64,000 nt of DNA from the human T2T-CHM13v2.0 reference genome, Homo sapiens. The translations under genes were made by a program, and so were the position numbers. The stretch lies in NCBI RefSeq assembly GCF_009914755.1, contig NC_060948.1; one strand, written 5' to 3'. How positions within the stretch are numbered: position 1 is the stretch's first letter; each line of letters starts with the position of its first letter. The notes beneath the pieces are model-generated. The model did no database searches, was not told the DNA's origin, and saw only the letters and a program-made list of their open reading frames with translations. This document shows positions 42,257 to 55,665 of this stretch, piece after piece.

Positions 42257-45200
42257 GGCCTGGAATAAAGTGGAATGCTACGGTCTCGAATGGAATAAAA
42301 ATGTATGGAATGGAATGCAATGAAACGGAATCGAATGTCATAGAATGTAATGGAATGCAAAAAAATGGAATCCAAAATCATTGACTGGAAAGGCTGGGTG
42401 TCGAAAGGAATTGACTCCAATGGAATGGAATCGAATGGAATGGAAGTGAATAGAATCGAACTAAATCGAATGGAATGGAATTGATAGGAACGGAATGGAA
42501 AGGAATGCAATGATTTGGCATGGAATGGAATCGAATGGCATCGAATGGAATGGAATGGAATGCAATGGAATGGAATGTATTAGAATGTAATGAACTTTAA
42601 TGGAATGTACTCGAATGGATTCGACTGGAATGGAATGTTCTGGAAGTGAATGGACTCCAATGGAATGGATTCAAAAGGAATGGAATCGTACGGAATGGAA
42701 TCTAATGGAATGGAATTAAATGGAAATGAATCAAATTGAATAGCACGGAATTGAATTGAATGGAATGGAATGCAATGCAATCTAATGAAACGGAAAGGAA
42801 AGGAATGGAATGGAATGGAATGGGCTGGAATGGAAAGGAATCGAAACGAATGGAATGGAATCGAACTGAAGAGACTGGAATGGAATGCACTGGAATGGAA
42901 GGGAGTGTAATGGAAGGTTCTCGAAAAAAATGGAATCGAATGGAATGGAATTGAATGGAACGGAATAGAGTCGAATGGAATTGAATGGAATGGAATGGAC
43001 TAGAGTGAAATGGAATCGAACCACAAGGAATGGACAGGAATAGAATGGTCTCGAATTGAATGGAATCGTATGGAATGGCATCAAACGGAATGGAATGGAC
43101 AGCCACGGAATGGAATGCACTCGAATGCAATGACGTCGAAACTAACGGACTGGAATAGAATGGACTCGACTGGTACGGACTCCAATGGAATGGAATCGAA
43201 TGGAAGGGAATCGAACGGAAGGGAATCGAACGGAATGGACTCGAAGGGAAAAGACTGCAATGGAAAGGTCTCGAATGGAATGGAAATTAATGGAATGGAA
43301 TGGAATCGAATGAAATGGAGTCAAAAGGAATGGAATCGAATGGCAAGAAATCGAATGTAATGGAATCGCAAGGAATTGATGTGAACGGAACGGAATGGAA
43401 TGGAATCCAAAGGAATGGAATAGAATGGAATGGAATCGAATGGAAAGGACTCGAATGGAAATCACTCGAATAGAATGCAATTTAATAAAATAGGATCAAA
43501 TGTAATGGAATGGAATGGAAAGGAATCGAAACGAAAGGAATGGAGACAGATGGAATGGAATGGAACAGAGAGCAATGGTATAGAATGGAATGGAATCATC
43601 TGGAATGGAATTGAATGGAATGGAATAATATGAAATGGAATGGAATGGAATGGAATGGAATGCCCTTGAATTAAATGGACTGGAATGGAATGGACTCAAA
43701 CAGAGTGGAATGGAAAGTGTGGAGATAGAATGGAATGAACTCCTTTGGAATGGACTAGTAGGCAATGCAATCGACTGGCAGGGAATCAAAAGGAATGTAA
43801 TCGAATGGATTGGACTGGAATGCAATGGACTCGAATAGATTGGAAACGGAATGCAAAGAATGGAATGGAATAGTATGGAATGGAATGGAAAGGAATGGAG
43901 TGGAATAGACTAGAGTGGAATGGAATGGACTGGAAAGCAATGGACTGGAATGGAACTTTCTTGAATGGACTGGAATCAAACGGAATGGAATGCAATGCAA
44001 TCAAATGGCATGGAATAAAATAGAATGAAAGAGAATCAAATGGAATTGAATCGAATGGAATCGAATGGATTGGAAAGGAATAGAATGGAATGGAATGGAA
44101 TGGACTCAAATGGAATGGACTAGAATGGAATGGATTCGAATGGAAGGCAAAGGAATGGAATCTATTGGAATGGACTGTAATGGAATGGAATGGAAGGGAT
44201 TGGAATGGACTCGAATGGAATGGACTGCAATAGAAAGGATTCGAATGGAATGAAAAAGAATTGAATGGAATAGAACAGAATGGAATCAAATCGAATGAAA
44301 TGGAATGGAATAGAAAGGAATGGAATGAAATGGAATGGAAAGGATTCGAATGGAATGCAATCGAATGGAATGGAATCGAACGGAATGGAATAAAATGGAA
44401 GAAAACTGGCAAGAAATGGAATCGAAATGAATGGAGTGTTATGGAACGGACTCAAAAGGAATTGAATGTAATAGAATGGAGTGGAGTGGACTCGAATATA
44501 ATGGACTGGAATGGAATGAAATCACATGGAATGGGAACGAATGGAATGGAATGGAAAGGAATGGAATCGAATGGAAAGGAATCGAATGGAAGGGAATGAA
44601 ATTGAATCAACAGGAATGGAAGGGAATAGAATAGACGGTAATGGAATGGACTCGAATAGAATGGACACGAATGCTCAAATTAAATGGACTCGAATGGAAT
44701 GGAAACGAAAGGAATGTCATCGAATGGAATTGAATCGATTGGAATGAAATCGCATAGAATGGAGTGGAATCAAATGGAATTGAATCGAAAGGAAAGGAAG
44801 CGAATGGACTGAAATGAAATGGAATGGAATTGAATGGAAAGTAACGCAATGGAATAGAATGGAAAGAAATTTCACGGAATGGAATCAAACTGAATGGAAT
44901 CAAATCAATGGAATCAAATCAAATGGAATGGAAAGGAATTGAATGGAGTAGATGGGATTGGATGGGATTGGAATGAAATGTACTGGAAAGGACTCGAATT
45001 TCATGAAACGGAATGGAATGAATTGGAAAGGAATGGACTCGAATGGAATGGAATGTCATGGGATGGCATCAAATGGAATGGCATCAAATGGAATGGAATC
45101 GAATGCAATGGAATGCTATGGAATGGAATGGAATGCATTGGAATGGAATGTCCTCTAATGGAATGGATTCGAGTGGAATGGAATTGAATATAATGGAGTC

Positions 45201-45839
45201 GAATGAAATGGAATTGAAAGGAATGGGATCGAATACAATGGAATATACTGGAATGTAACGTAATGAACTCGAATGTAATTGACTGGAATGGAATGTACAT
45301 GAATGGAATGTAATCGAATGGAAAGTAATCCAATGGAATAGAATCTAATGCAATAAAATCGACTCAGATAGAGTAGAATGTAATGGAATGGAGTGCAGTG
45401 CAATGGATTGGAATGGAATGGAATGCAATGGAATGGAATGGAATGGAATGGAATGGAATGGAATGGAATGGAATGGGATGGAATGGTATGGAATGGATAG
45501 TAATGGACTGGAGTGAAATGGACTGGAAAGGAATGGACTCAAATTGAAAGGGCTCGAAAGGAATGGAGTCAAATGGAATGGTCTGGAATGGAATGAACAC
45601 GAATGTAATGCAACCCAATAGAATGGAATCGAATGGCATGGAATATAAAGAAATGGAATCGAAGAGAATGGAAACAAATGGAATGGAATTGAATGGAATG
45701 GAATTGAATGGAATGGGAACGAATGGAGTGAAATTGTATGCAGTAGAAGAGAATAGAATGGAATGCAAGCGAAAGGAAAGGAATGGATTGGAATGGAATG
45801 GAATTCATTGGAATGGAAGGGAATGTAGTGTAATGGACA
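42257..45839 (+). repeat. DYZ1 unit 13 (3583 bp, paralogue of unit 7)
   Basis: GGCC 42257 to 45840; shares aattggaaaggaatggactc with unit 7. Confidence 0.9.
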
Positions 45840-48510
45840 GGCCTGGAATAAAGTGGAATGCTACGGTCTCGAATGGAATAAAAATGTATGGAATGGAATG
45901 CAATGAAACGGAATCGAATGTCATAGAATGTAATGGAATGCAAAAAAATGGAATCCAAAATCATTGACTGGAAAGGCTGGGTGTCGAAAGGAATTGACTC
46001 CAATGGAATGGAATCGAATGGAATGGAAGTGAATAGAATCGAACTAAATCGAATGGAATGGAATTGATAGGAACGGAATGGAAAGGAATGCAATGATTTG
46101 GCATGGAATGGAATCGAATGGCATCGAATGGAATGGAATGGAATGCAATGGAATGGAATGTATTAGAATGTAATGAACTTTAATGGAATGTACTCGAATG
46201 GATTCGACTGGAATGGAATGTTCTGGAAGTGAATGGACTCCAATGGAATGGATTCAAAAGGAATGGAATCGTACGGAATGGAATCTAATGGAATGGAATT
46301 AAATGGAAATGAATCAAATTGAATAGCACGGAATTGAATTGAATGGAATGGAATGCAATGGAATCTAATGAAACGGAAAGGAAAGGAATGGAATGGAATG
46401 GAATGGGCTGGAATGGAAAGGAATCGAAACGAATGGAATGGAATCGAACTGAAGAGACTGGAATGGAATGCACTGGAATGGAAGGGAGTGTAATGGAAGG
46501 TTCTCGAAAAAAATGGAATCGAATGGAATGGAATTGAATGGAACGGAATAGAGTCGAATGGAATTGAATGGAATGGAATGGACTAGAGTGAAATGGAATC
46601 GAACCACAAGGAATGGACAGGAATAGAATGGTCTCGAATTGAATGGAATCGTATGGAATGGCATCAAACGGAATGGAATGGACAGCCACGGAATGGAATG
46701 CACTCGAATGCAATGGAGTCGAAACTAACGGACTGGAATAGAATGGACTCGATTGGTACGGACTCCAATGGAATGGAATCGAATGGAAGGGAATCGAACG
46801 GAAGGGAATCGAACGGAATGGACTCGAAGGGAAAAGACTGCAATGGAAAGGTCTCGAATGGAATGGAAATTAATGGAATGGAATGGAATCGAATGAAATG
46901 GAGTCAAAAGGAATGGAATCGAATGGCAAGAAATCGAATGTAATGGAATCGCAAGGAATTGATGTGAACGGAACGGAATGGAATGGAATCCAAAGGAATG
47001 GAATAGAATGGAATGGAATCGAATGGAAAGGACTCGAATGGAAATCACTCGAATAGAATGCAATTTAATAAAATAGGATCAAATGTAATAGAATGGAATG
47101 GAAAGGAATCGAAACGGAAGGAATGGAGACAGATGGAATGGAATGGAACAGAGAGCAATGGTATAGAATGGAATGGAATCATCTGGAATGGAATTGAATG
47201 GAATGGAATAATATGAAATGGAATGGAATGGAATGGAATGGAATGCCCTTGAATTAAATGGACTGGACTCGAACAGAGTGGAATGGAAAGTGTTGAGATA
47301 GAATGGAATGGACTCCTTTGGAATGGTCTAGTATGCAATGCAATCGACTGGCAGGGAATCAAAAGGAATGTAATCGAATGGATTGGACTGGAATGCAATG
47401 GACTCGAATAGATTGGAAACGGAATGCAAAGGAATGGAATGGAATAGTATGGAATGCAATGGAAGGGAATGGAGTGGAATAGACTAGAGTGGAATGGAAT
47501 GGACTGGAAAGCAATGGACTGGAATGGAACTTTCTTGGATGGATGGGAATCAAACGGAATGGAATGCAATGCAATCAAATGGCATGGAATAAAATAGAAT
47601 GAAAGAGAATCAAATGGAATTGAATCGAATGGAATCGAATGGATTGGAAATGAATAGAATGGAATGGAATGGAATTGACTCAAATGGAATGGACTAGAAT
47701 GGAATGGATTCGAATGGAATGGAATGTCATGGAATGGCATCAAATGGAATGGCATCAAATGGAATGGAATCGAATGCAATGGAATGCTATGGAATGGAAT
47801 GGAATGCATTGGAATGGAATGTCCTCTAATGGAATGGATTCGAGTGGAATGGAATTGAATATAATGGAGTCGAATGAAATGGAATTGAAAGGAATGGGAT
47901 CGAATACAATGGAATATACTGGAATGTAACGTAATGAACTCGAATGTAATTGACTGGAATGGAATGTACATGAATGGAATGTAATCGAATGGAAAGTAAT
48001 CCAATGGAATAGAATCTAATGCAATAAAATCGACTCAGATAGAGTAGAATGTAATGGAATGGAGTGCAGTGCAATGGAATGGAATGGAATGGAATGCAAT
48101 GGAATGGAATGGAATGGAATGGAATGGAATGGAATGGAATGGAATGGGATGGAATGGTATGGAATGGATAGTAATGGACTGGAGTGAAATGGACTGGAAA
48201 GGAATGGACTCAAATTGAAAGGGCTCGAAAGGAATGGAGTCAAATGGAATGGTCTGGAATGGAATGAACACGAATGTAATGCAATCCAATAGAATGGAAT
48301 CGAATGGCATGGAATATAAAGAAATGGAATCGAAGAGAATGGAAACAAATGGAATGGAATTGAATGGAATGGAATTGAATGGAATGTGAACGAATGGAGT
48401 GAAATTGTATGCAGTAGAAGAGAATAGAATGGAATGCAAGCGAAAGGAAAGGAATGGATTGGAATGGAATGGAATTCATTGGAATGGAAGGGAATGTAGT
48501 GTAATGGACA
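45840..48510 (+). repeat. DYZ1 unit 14, internally deleted (2671 bp; same deletion as unit 8)
   Basis: GGCC 45840 to 48511; identical junction at ~47706-47732. Confidence 0.9.
48101..48145 (+). repeat. Pure (GGAAT)9 microsatellite-like tract; length-variable locus in every unit
   Basis: Nine perfect pentamers before gggatgg; the same locus has 4 copies at 145-164 and 8 at 27669-27708. Confidence 0.85.
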
Positions 48511-51500
48511 GGCCTGGAATAAAGTGGAATGCTACGGTCTCGAATGGAATAAAAATGTATGGAATGGAATGCAATGAAACGGAATCGAATGTCATAGAAT
48601 GTAATGGAATGCAAAAAAATGGAATCCAAAATCATTGAATGGAAAGGCTGGGTGTCGAAAGGAATTGACTCCAATGGAATGGAATCGAATGGAATGGAAG
48701 TGAATAGAATCGAACTAAATCGTATGGAATGGAATTGATAGGAACGGAATGGAAAGGAATGCAATGATTTGGCATGGAATGGAATCGAATGGCATCGAAT
48801 GGAATGGAATGGAATGCAATGGAATGGAATGTATTAGAATGGAATGAACTTTAATGGAATGTACTCGAATGGATTCGACTGGAATGGAATGTTCTGGAAG
48901 TGAATGGACTCCAATGGAATGGATTCAAAAGGAATGGAATCGTACGGAATGGAATCTAATGGAATGGAACTAAATGGAAATGAATCAAATTGAATAGCAC
49001 GGAATTGAATTGAATGGAATGGAATGCAATGGAATCTAATGAAACGGAAAGGAAAGGAATGGAATGGAATGGAATGGACTGGAATGGAAAGGAATCGAAA
49101 CGAATGGAATGGAATCGAACTGAAGAGACTGGAATGGAATGCACTGGAATGGAAGGGAGTGTAATGGAAGGTTCTCGAAAAAAATGGAATCGAATGGAAT
49201 GCAATTGAATGGAACGGAGTAGAGCCGAATGCAATTGAATGGAATGGAATGGACTAGAGTGAAATGGAATCGAACCACAAGGAATGGACAGGAATAGAAT
49301 GGTCTCGAATTGAATGGAATCGTATGGAATGGCATCAAACGGAATGGAATGGACAGCCACGGAATGGAATGCACTCGAATGCAATGGAGTCGAATCTAAT
49401 GGACTGGAATAGAATGGACTCGACTGGTACGGACTCCAATGGAATGGAATCGAATGGAAGGGAATCGAACGGAAGGGAATCGAATGGAATGGACTCGAAG
49501 GGAAAAGACTGTAATGGAAAGGTCTCGAATGGAATGGAAATTAATGGAATGGAATGGAATCGAATGAAATGGAGGCAAAAGGAATGGAATCGAATGGCAA
49601 GAAATCGAATGTAATGGAATCGCAAGGAATTGATGTGAACGGAACGGAATGGAATGGAATCCAAAGGAATGGAATAGAATGGAATGGAATCGAATGGAAA
49701 GGACTCGAATGGAAATCACTCGAATAGAATGCAATTTAATAAAATAGGATCAAATGTAATGGAATGGAATGGAAAGGAATCGAAACGAAAGGAATGGAGA
49801 CAGATGGAATGGAATGGAACAGAGAGCAATGGTATAGAACGGAATGGAATCATCTGGAATGGAATTGAATGGAATGGAATAATATGAAATGGAAAGGAAT
49901 GAAATGGAATGCCCTTGAATTAAATGGACTACAATGGGAATGGACTCGAACAGAGTGGAATGGAAAGTGTTGAAATAGAATGGAATTGACTCGTTTGGAA
50001 TGGTCTAGTATGCAATGCAATCGACTGGCAGGGAATCAAAAGGAATGTAATCGAGTGGATTGGACTGGAATGCAATGGACTCGAATAGATTGGAAACGGA
50101 ATGCAAAGGAATGGAATGGAATAGTATGGAATGGAATGGAAAGGAATGGAGTGGAATAGACTAGAGTGGAATGGAATGGACTCGAAAGCAATGGACTGGA
50201 ATGGAACTTTCTTGAATGGACTGGAACCAAACGGAATGGAATGCAATGCAATCAAATGGCATGGAATAAGATAGAATGAAAGAGAATCAAATGGAATTGA
50301 ATCGAATGGAATCGAATGGATTGGAAAGGAATAGAATGGAATGGAATGGAATTGACTCAAATGGAATGGACTAGAATGGAATGGATTCGAATGGAAGGCA
50401 AAGGAATGGAATCTATCGGAATGCACTGTAATGGAATGGAATGGAAGGGATTGGAATGGATTCGAATGGAATGGACTGCAATAGAAAGGATTCGAATGGA
50501 ATGAAAAAGAATTGAATGGAATAGAACAGAATGGAATAAAATCGAATGAAATGGAATGGAATAGAAAGGAATGGAATGAAATGGAATGGAAAGGATTCGA
50601 ATGGAATGCAATCGAATGGAATGGAATCGAACGGAATGGAATAAAATGGAAGAAAACTGGCAAGAAATGGAATCGAAATGAATGGAGTGTTTTGGAACGG
50701 ACTCAAAAGGAATTGAATGTAATAGAATGGAGTGGAGTGGACTCGAATATAATGGACTGGAATGGAATGAAATCACATGGAATGGGAACGAATGGAATGG
50801 AATGGAAAGGAATGGAATCGAATGGAAAGCAATCGAATGGAAGGGAATGAAATTGAATCAACAGGAATGGAAGGGAATAGAATAGACGGTAATGGAATGG
50901 ACTCGAATAGAATGGACACGAATGCTCAAATTGAATGGACTCGAATGGAATGGAAACGAAAGGAATGTCATCGAATGGAATTGAATCGATTGGAATGAAA
51001 TCGCATAGAATGGAGTGGAATCAAATGGAATTGAATCGAAAGGAAAGGAAGCGAATGGACTGAAATGAAATGGAATGGAATTGAATGGAAAGTAATGCAA
51101 TGGAATACAATGGAACGAAATTTCACGGAATGGAATCAAACTGAATGGAATCAAATCAATGGAATCTAATCAAATGGAATGGAAAGGAATTGAATGGAGT
51201 AGATTGGATTGGATGGGATTGGAATGAAATGTACTGGAAAGGACTCGAATTTCATGAAACGGAATGGAATGAATTGGAACGGAATGGACTCGAATGGAAT
51301 GGAATGTCATGGAATGGTATCAAATGGAATGCCATCAAATGGAATGGAATCGACTGCAATGGAATGTTATGGAATGGAATGGAATGCATTGGAATGGAAT
51401 GTCCTCTAATGGAATGGATTCGAGTGGAATGGAATCGAATATAATGGAGTCGAATGAAATGGAATTGAAAGGAATGGGATCGAATAGAATGGAATATACT

Positions 51501-52085
51501 GGAATGTAATGTAATGAACTCGAATGTAATTGACTGGAATGGAATGTACATGAATGGAATGTAATCGAATGGAAAGTAATCCAATGGAATAGAATCTAAT
51601 GCAATAAAACCGACTCAGATAGAGTAGAATGTAATGGAATGGAGTGCAGTGCAATGAAATGGAATGGAATTGAATGCAATGGAATGGAATGGAATGGAAT
51701 GGAATGGAATGGAATGGAATTGGATGGAATGGTATGGAATGGATAGTAATGGACTGGAGTGAAATGGACTGGAAAGGAATGGACTCAAATTGAAAGGTCT
51801 CGAAAGGAATGGAGTCAAATGGAATGGTCTGGAATGGAATGAACACGAATGTAATGCAATCCAATAGAATGGAATCGAATGGCATGGAATATAAAGAAAT
51901 GGAATCGAAGAGAATGGAAACAAATGGAATGGAATTGAATGGAATGGAATTGAATGGAATGGGAACGAATGGAGTGAAATTGTATGCAGTAGAAGGGAAT
52001 AGAATGGAATGCAAGCGAAAGGAAAGGAATGGATTGGAATGGAATGGAATTCATTGGAATGGAAGGGAATGTAGTGTAATGGACA
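48511..52085 (+). repeat. DYZ1 unit 15 (3575 bp, type C)
   Basis: GGCC 48511 to 52086; type C markers plus ggagtagagccg and acaatgggaa. Confidence 0.9.
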
Positions 52086-55000
52086 GGCCTGGAATAAAGT
52101 GGAATGTTACGGTCTCGAATGGAATAAAAATGTATGGAATGGAATGCAATGAAACGGAATCGAATGTCATAGAATGTAATGGAATGCAACAAAATGGAAT
52201 CCAAAATCATTGACTGGAAAGGCTGGGTGTCGAAAGGAATTGACTCCAATGGAATGGAATCGAATGGAATGGAAGTGAATAGAATCGAACTAAATCGAAT
52301 GGAATGGAATTGATAGGAACGGAATGGAAAGGAATGCAATGATTTGGCATGGAATGGAATCGAATGGCATCGAATGGAATGGAATGGAATGCAATGGAAT
52401 GGAATGTATTAGAATGGAATGAACTTTAATGGAATGTACTCGAATGGATTCGACTGGAATGGAATGTTCTGGAAGTGAATGGACTCCAATGGAATGGATT
52501 CAAAAGGAATGGAATCGTACGGAATGGAATCTAATGGAATGGAATTAAATGGAAATGAATCAAATTGAATAGCACGGAATTGAATTGAATGGAATGGAAT
52601 GCAATGGAATCTAATGAAACGGAAAGGAAAGGAATGGAATGGAATGGAATGGGCTGGAATGGAAAGGAATCGAAACGAATGGAATGGAATCGAACTGAAG
52701 AGACTGGAATGGAATGCACTGGAATGGAAGGGAGTGTAATGGAAGGTTCTCGAAAAAAATGGAATCGAATGGAATGCAATTGAATGGAACGGAGTAGAGC
52801 CGAATGCAATTGAATGGAATGGAATGGACTAGAGTGAAATGGAATCGAACCACAAGGAATGGACAGGAATAGAATGGTCTCGAATTGAATGGAATCGTAT
52901 GGAATGGCATCAAACGGAATGGAATGGACAGCCACGGAATGGAATGCACTCGAATGCAATGGAGTCGAATCTAATGGACTGGAATAGAATGGACTCGACT
53001 GGTACGGACTCCAATGGAATGGAATCGAATGGAAGGGAATCGAACGGAAGGGAATCGAATGGAATGGACTCGAAGGGAAAAGACTGTAATGGAAAGGTCT
53101 CGAATGGAATGGAAATTAATGGAATGGAATGGAATCGAATGAAATGGAGGCAAAAGGAATGGAATCGAATGGCAAGAAATCGAATGTAATGGAATCGCAA
53201 GGAATTGATGTGAACGGAACGGAATGGAATGGAATCCAAAGGAATGGAATAGAATGGAATGGAATCGAATGGAAAGGACTCGAATGGAAATCACTCGAAT
53301 AGAATGCAATTTAATAAAATAGGATCAAATGTAATGGAATGGAATGGAAAGGAATCGAAACGAAAGGAATGGAGACAGATGGAATGGAATGGAACAGAGA
53401 GCAATGGTATAGAACGGAATGGAATCATCTGGAATGGAATTGAATGGAATGGAATAATATGAAATGGAAAGGAATGAAATGGAATGCCCTTGAATTAAAT
53501 GGACTACAATGGGAATGGACTCGAAAAGAGTGGAATGGAAAGTGTTGAAATAGAATGGAATTGACTCGTTTGGAATGGTCTAGTATGCAATGCAATCGAC
53601 TGGCAGGGAATCAAAAGGAATGTAATCGAGTGGATTGGACTGGAATGCAATGGACTCGAATAGATTGGAAACGGAATGCAAAGGAATGGAATGGAATAGT
53701 ATGGAATGGAATGGAAAGGAATGGAGTGGAATAGACTAGAGTGGAATGGAATGGACTCGAAAGCAATGGACTGGAATGGAACTTTCTTGAATGGACTGGA
53801 ACCAAACGGAATGGAATGCAATGCAATCAAATGGCATGGAATAAGATAGAATGAAAGAGAATCAAATGGAATTGAATCGAATGGAATCGAATGGATTGGA
53901 AATGAATAGAATGGAATGGAATGGAATTGACTCAAATGGAATGGACTAGAATGGAATGGATTCGAATGGAAGGCAAAGGAATGGAATCTATCGGAATGCA
54001 CTGTAATGGAATGGAATGGAAGGGATTGGAATGGATTCGAATGGAATGGACTGCAATAGAAAGGATTCGAATGGAATGAAAAAGAATTGAATGGAATAGA
54101 ACAGAATGGAATCAAATCGAATGAAATGGAATGGAATAGAAAGGAATGGAATGAAATGGAATGGAAAGGATTCGAATGGAATGCAATCGAATGGAATGGA
54201 ATCGAACGGAATGGAATAAAATGGAAGAAAACTGGCAAGAAATGGAATCGAAATGAATGGAGTGTTTTGGAAGGGACTCAAAAGGAATTGAATGTAATAG
54301 AAAGGAGTGGAGTGGACTCGAATATAATGGACTGGAATGGAATGAAATCACATGGAATGGGAACGAATGGAATGGAATGGAAAGGAATGGAATCGAATGG
54401 AAAGCAATCGAATGGAAGGGAATGAAATTGAATCAACAGGAATGGAAGGGAATAGAATAGACGGTAATGGAATGGACTCGAATAGAATGGACACGAATGC
54501 TCAAATTGAATGGACTCGAATGGAATGGAAACGAAAGGAATGTCATCGAATGGAATTGAATCGATTGGAATGAAATCGCATAGAATGGAGTGGAATCAAA
54601 TGGAATTGAATCGAAAGGAAAGGAAGCGAATGGACTGAAATGAAATGGAATGGAATTGAATGGAAAGTAATGCAATGGAATAGAATGGAACGAAATTTCA
54701 CGGAATGGAATCAAACTGAATGGAATCAAATCAATGGAATCAAATCAAATGGAATGGAAAGGAATTGAATGGAGTAGATTGGATTGGATGGGATTGGAAT
54801 GAAATGTACTGGAAAGGACTCGAATTTCATGAAACGGAATGGAATGAATTGGAACGGAATGGACTCGAATGGAATGGAATGTCATGGAATGGTATCAAAT
54901 GGAATGCCATCAAATGGAATGGAATCGACTGCAATGGAATGTTATGGAATGGAATGGAATGCATTGGAATGGAATGTCCTCTAATGGAATGGATTCGAGT

Positions 55001-55665
55001 GGAATGGAATCGAATATAATGGAGTCGAATGAAATGGAATTGAAAGGAATGGGATCGAATAGAATGGAATATACTGGAATGTAATGTAATGAACTCGAAT
55101 GTAATTGACTGGAATGGAATGTACATGAATGGAATGTAATCGAATGGAAAGTAATCCAATGGAATAGAATCTAATGCAATAAAACCGACTCAGATAGAGT
55201 AGAATGTAATGGAATGGAGTGCAGTGCAATGAAATGGAATGGAATTGAATGCAATGGAATGGAATGGAATGGAATGGAATGGAATGGAATGGAATGGAAT
55301 TGGATGGAATGGTATGGAATGGATAGTAATGGACTGGAGTGAAATGGACTGGAAAGGAATGGACTCAAATTGAAAGGTCTCGAAAGGAATGGAGTCAAAT
55401 GGAATGGTCTGGAATGGAATGAACACGAATGTAATGCAATCCAATAGAATGGAATCGAATGGCATGGAATATAAAGAAATGGAATCGAAGAGAATGGAAA
55501 CAAATGGAATGGAATTGAATGGAATGGAATTGAATGGAATGGGAACGAATGGAGTGAAATTGTATGCAGTAGAAGGGAATAGAATGGAATGCAAGCGAAA
55601 GGAAAGGAATGGATTGGAATGGAATGGAATTCATTGGAATGGAAGGGAATGTAGTGTAATGGACA
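52086..55665 (+). repeat. DYZ1 unit 16 (3580 bp, type C, tandem duplicate of unit 15)
   Basis: GGCC 52086 to 55666; shares private variants with unit 15. Confidence 0.9.
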
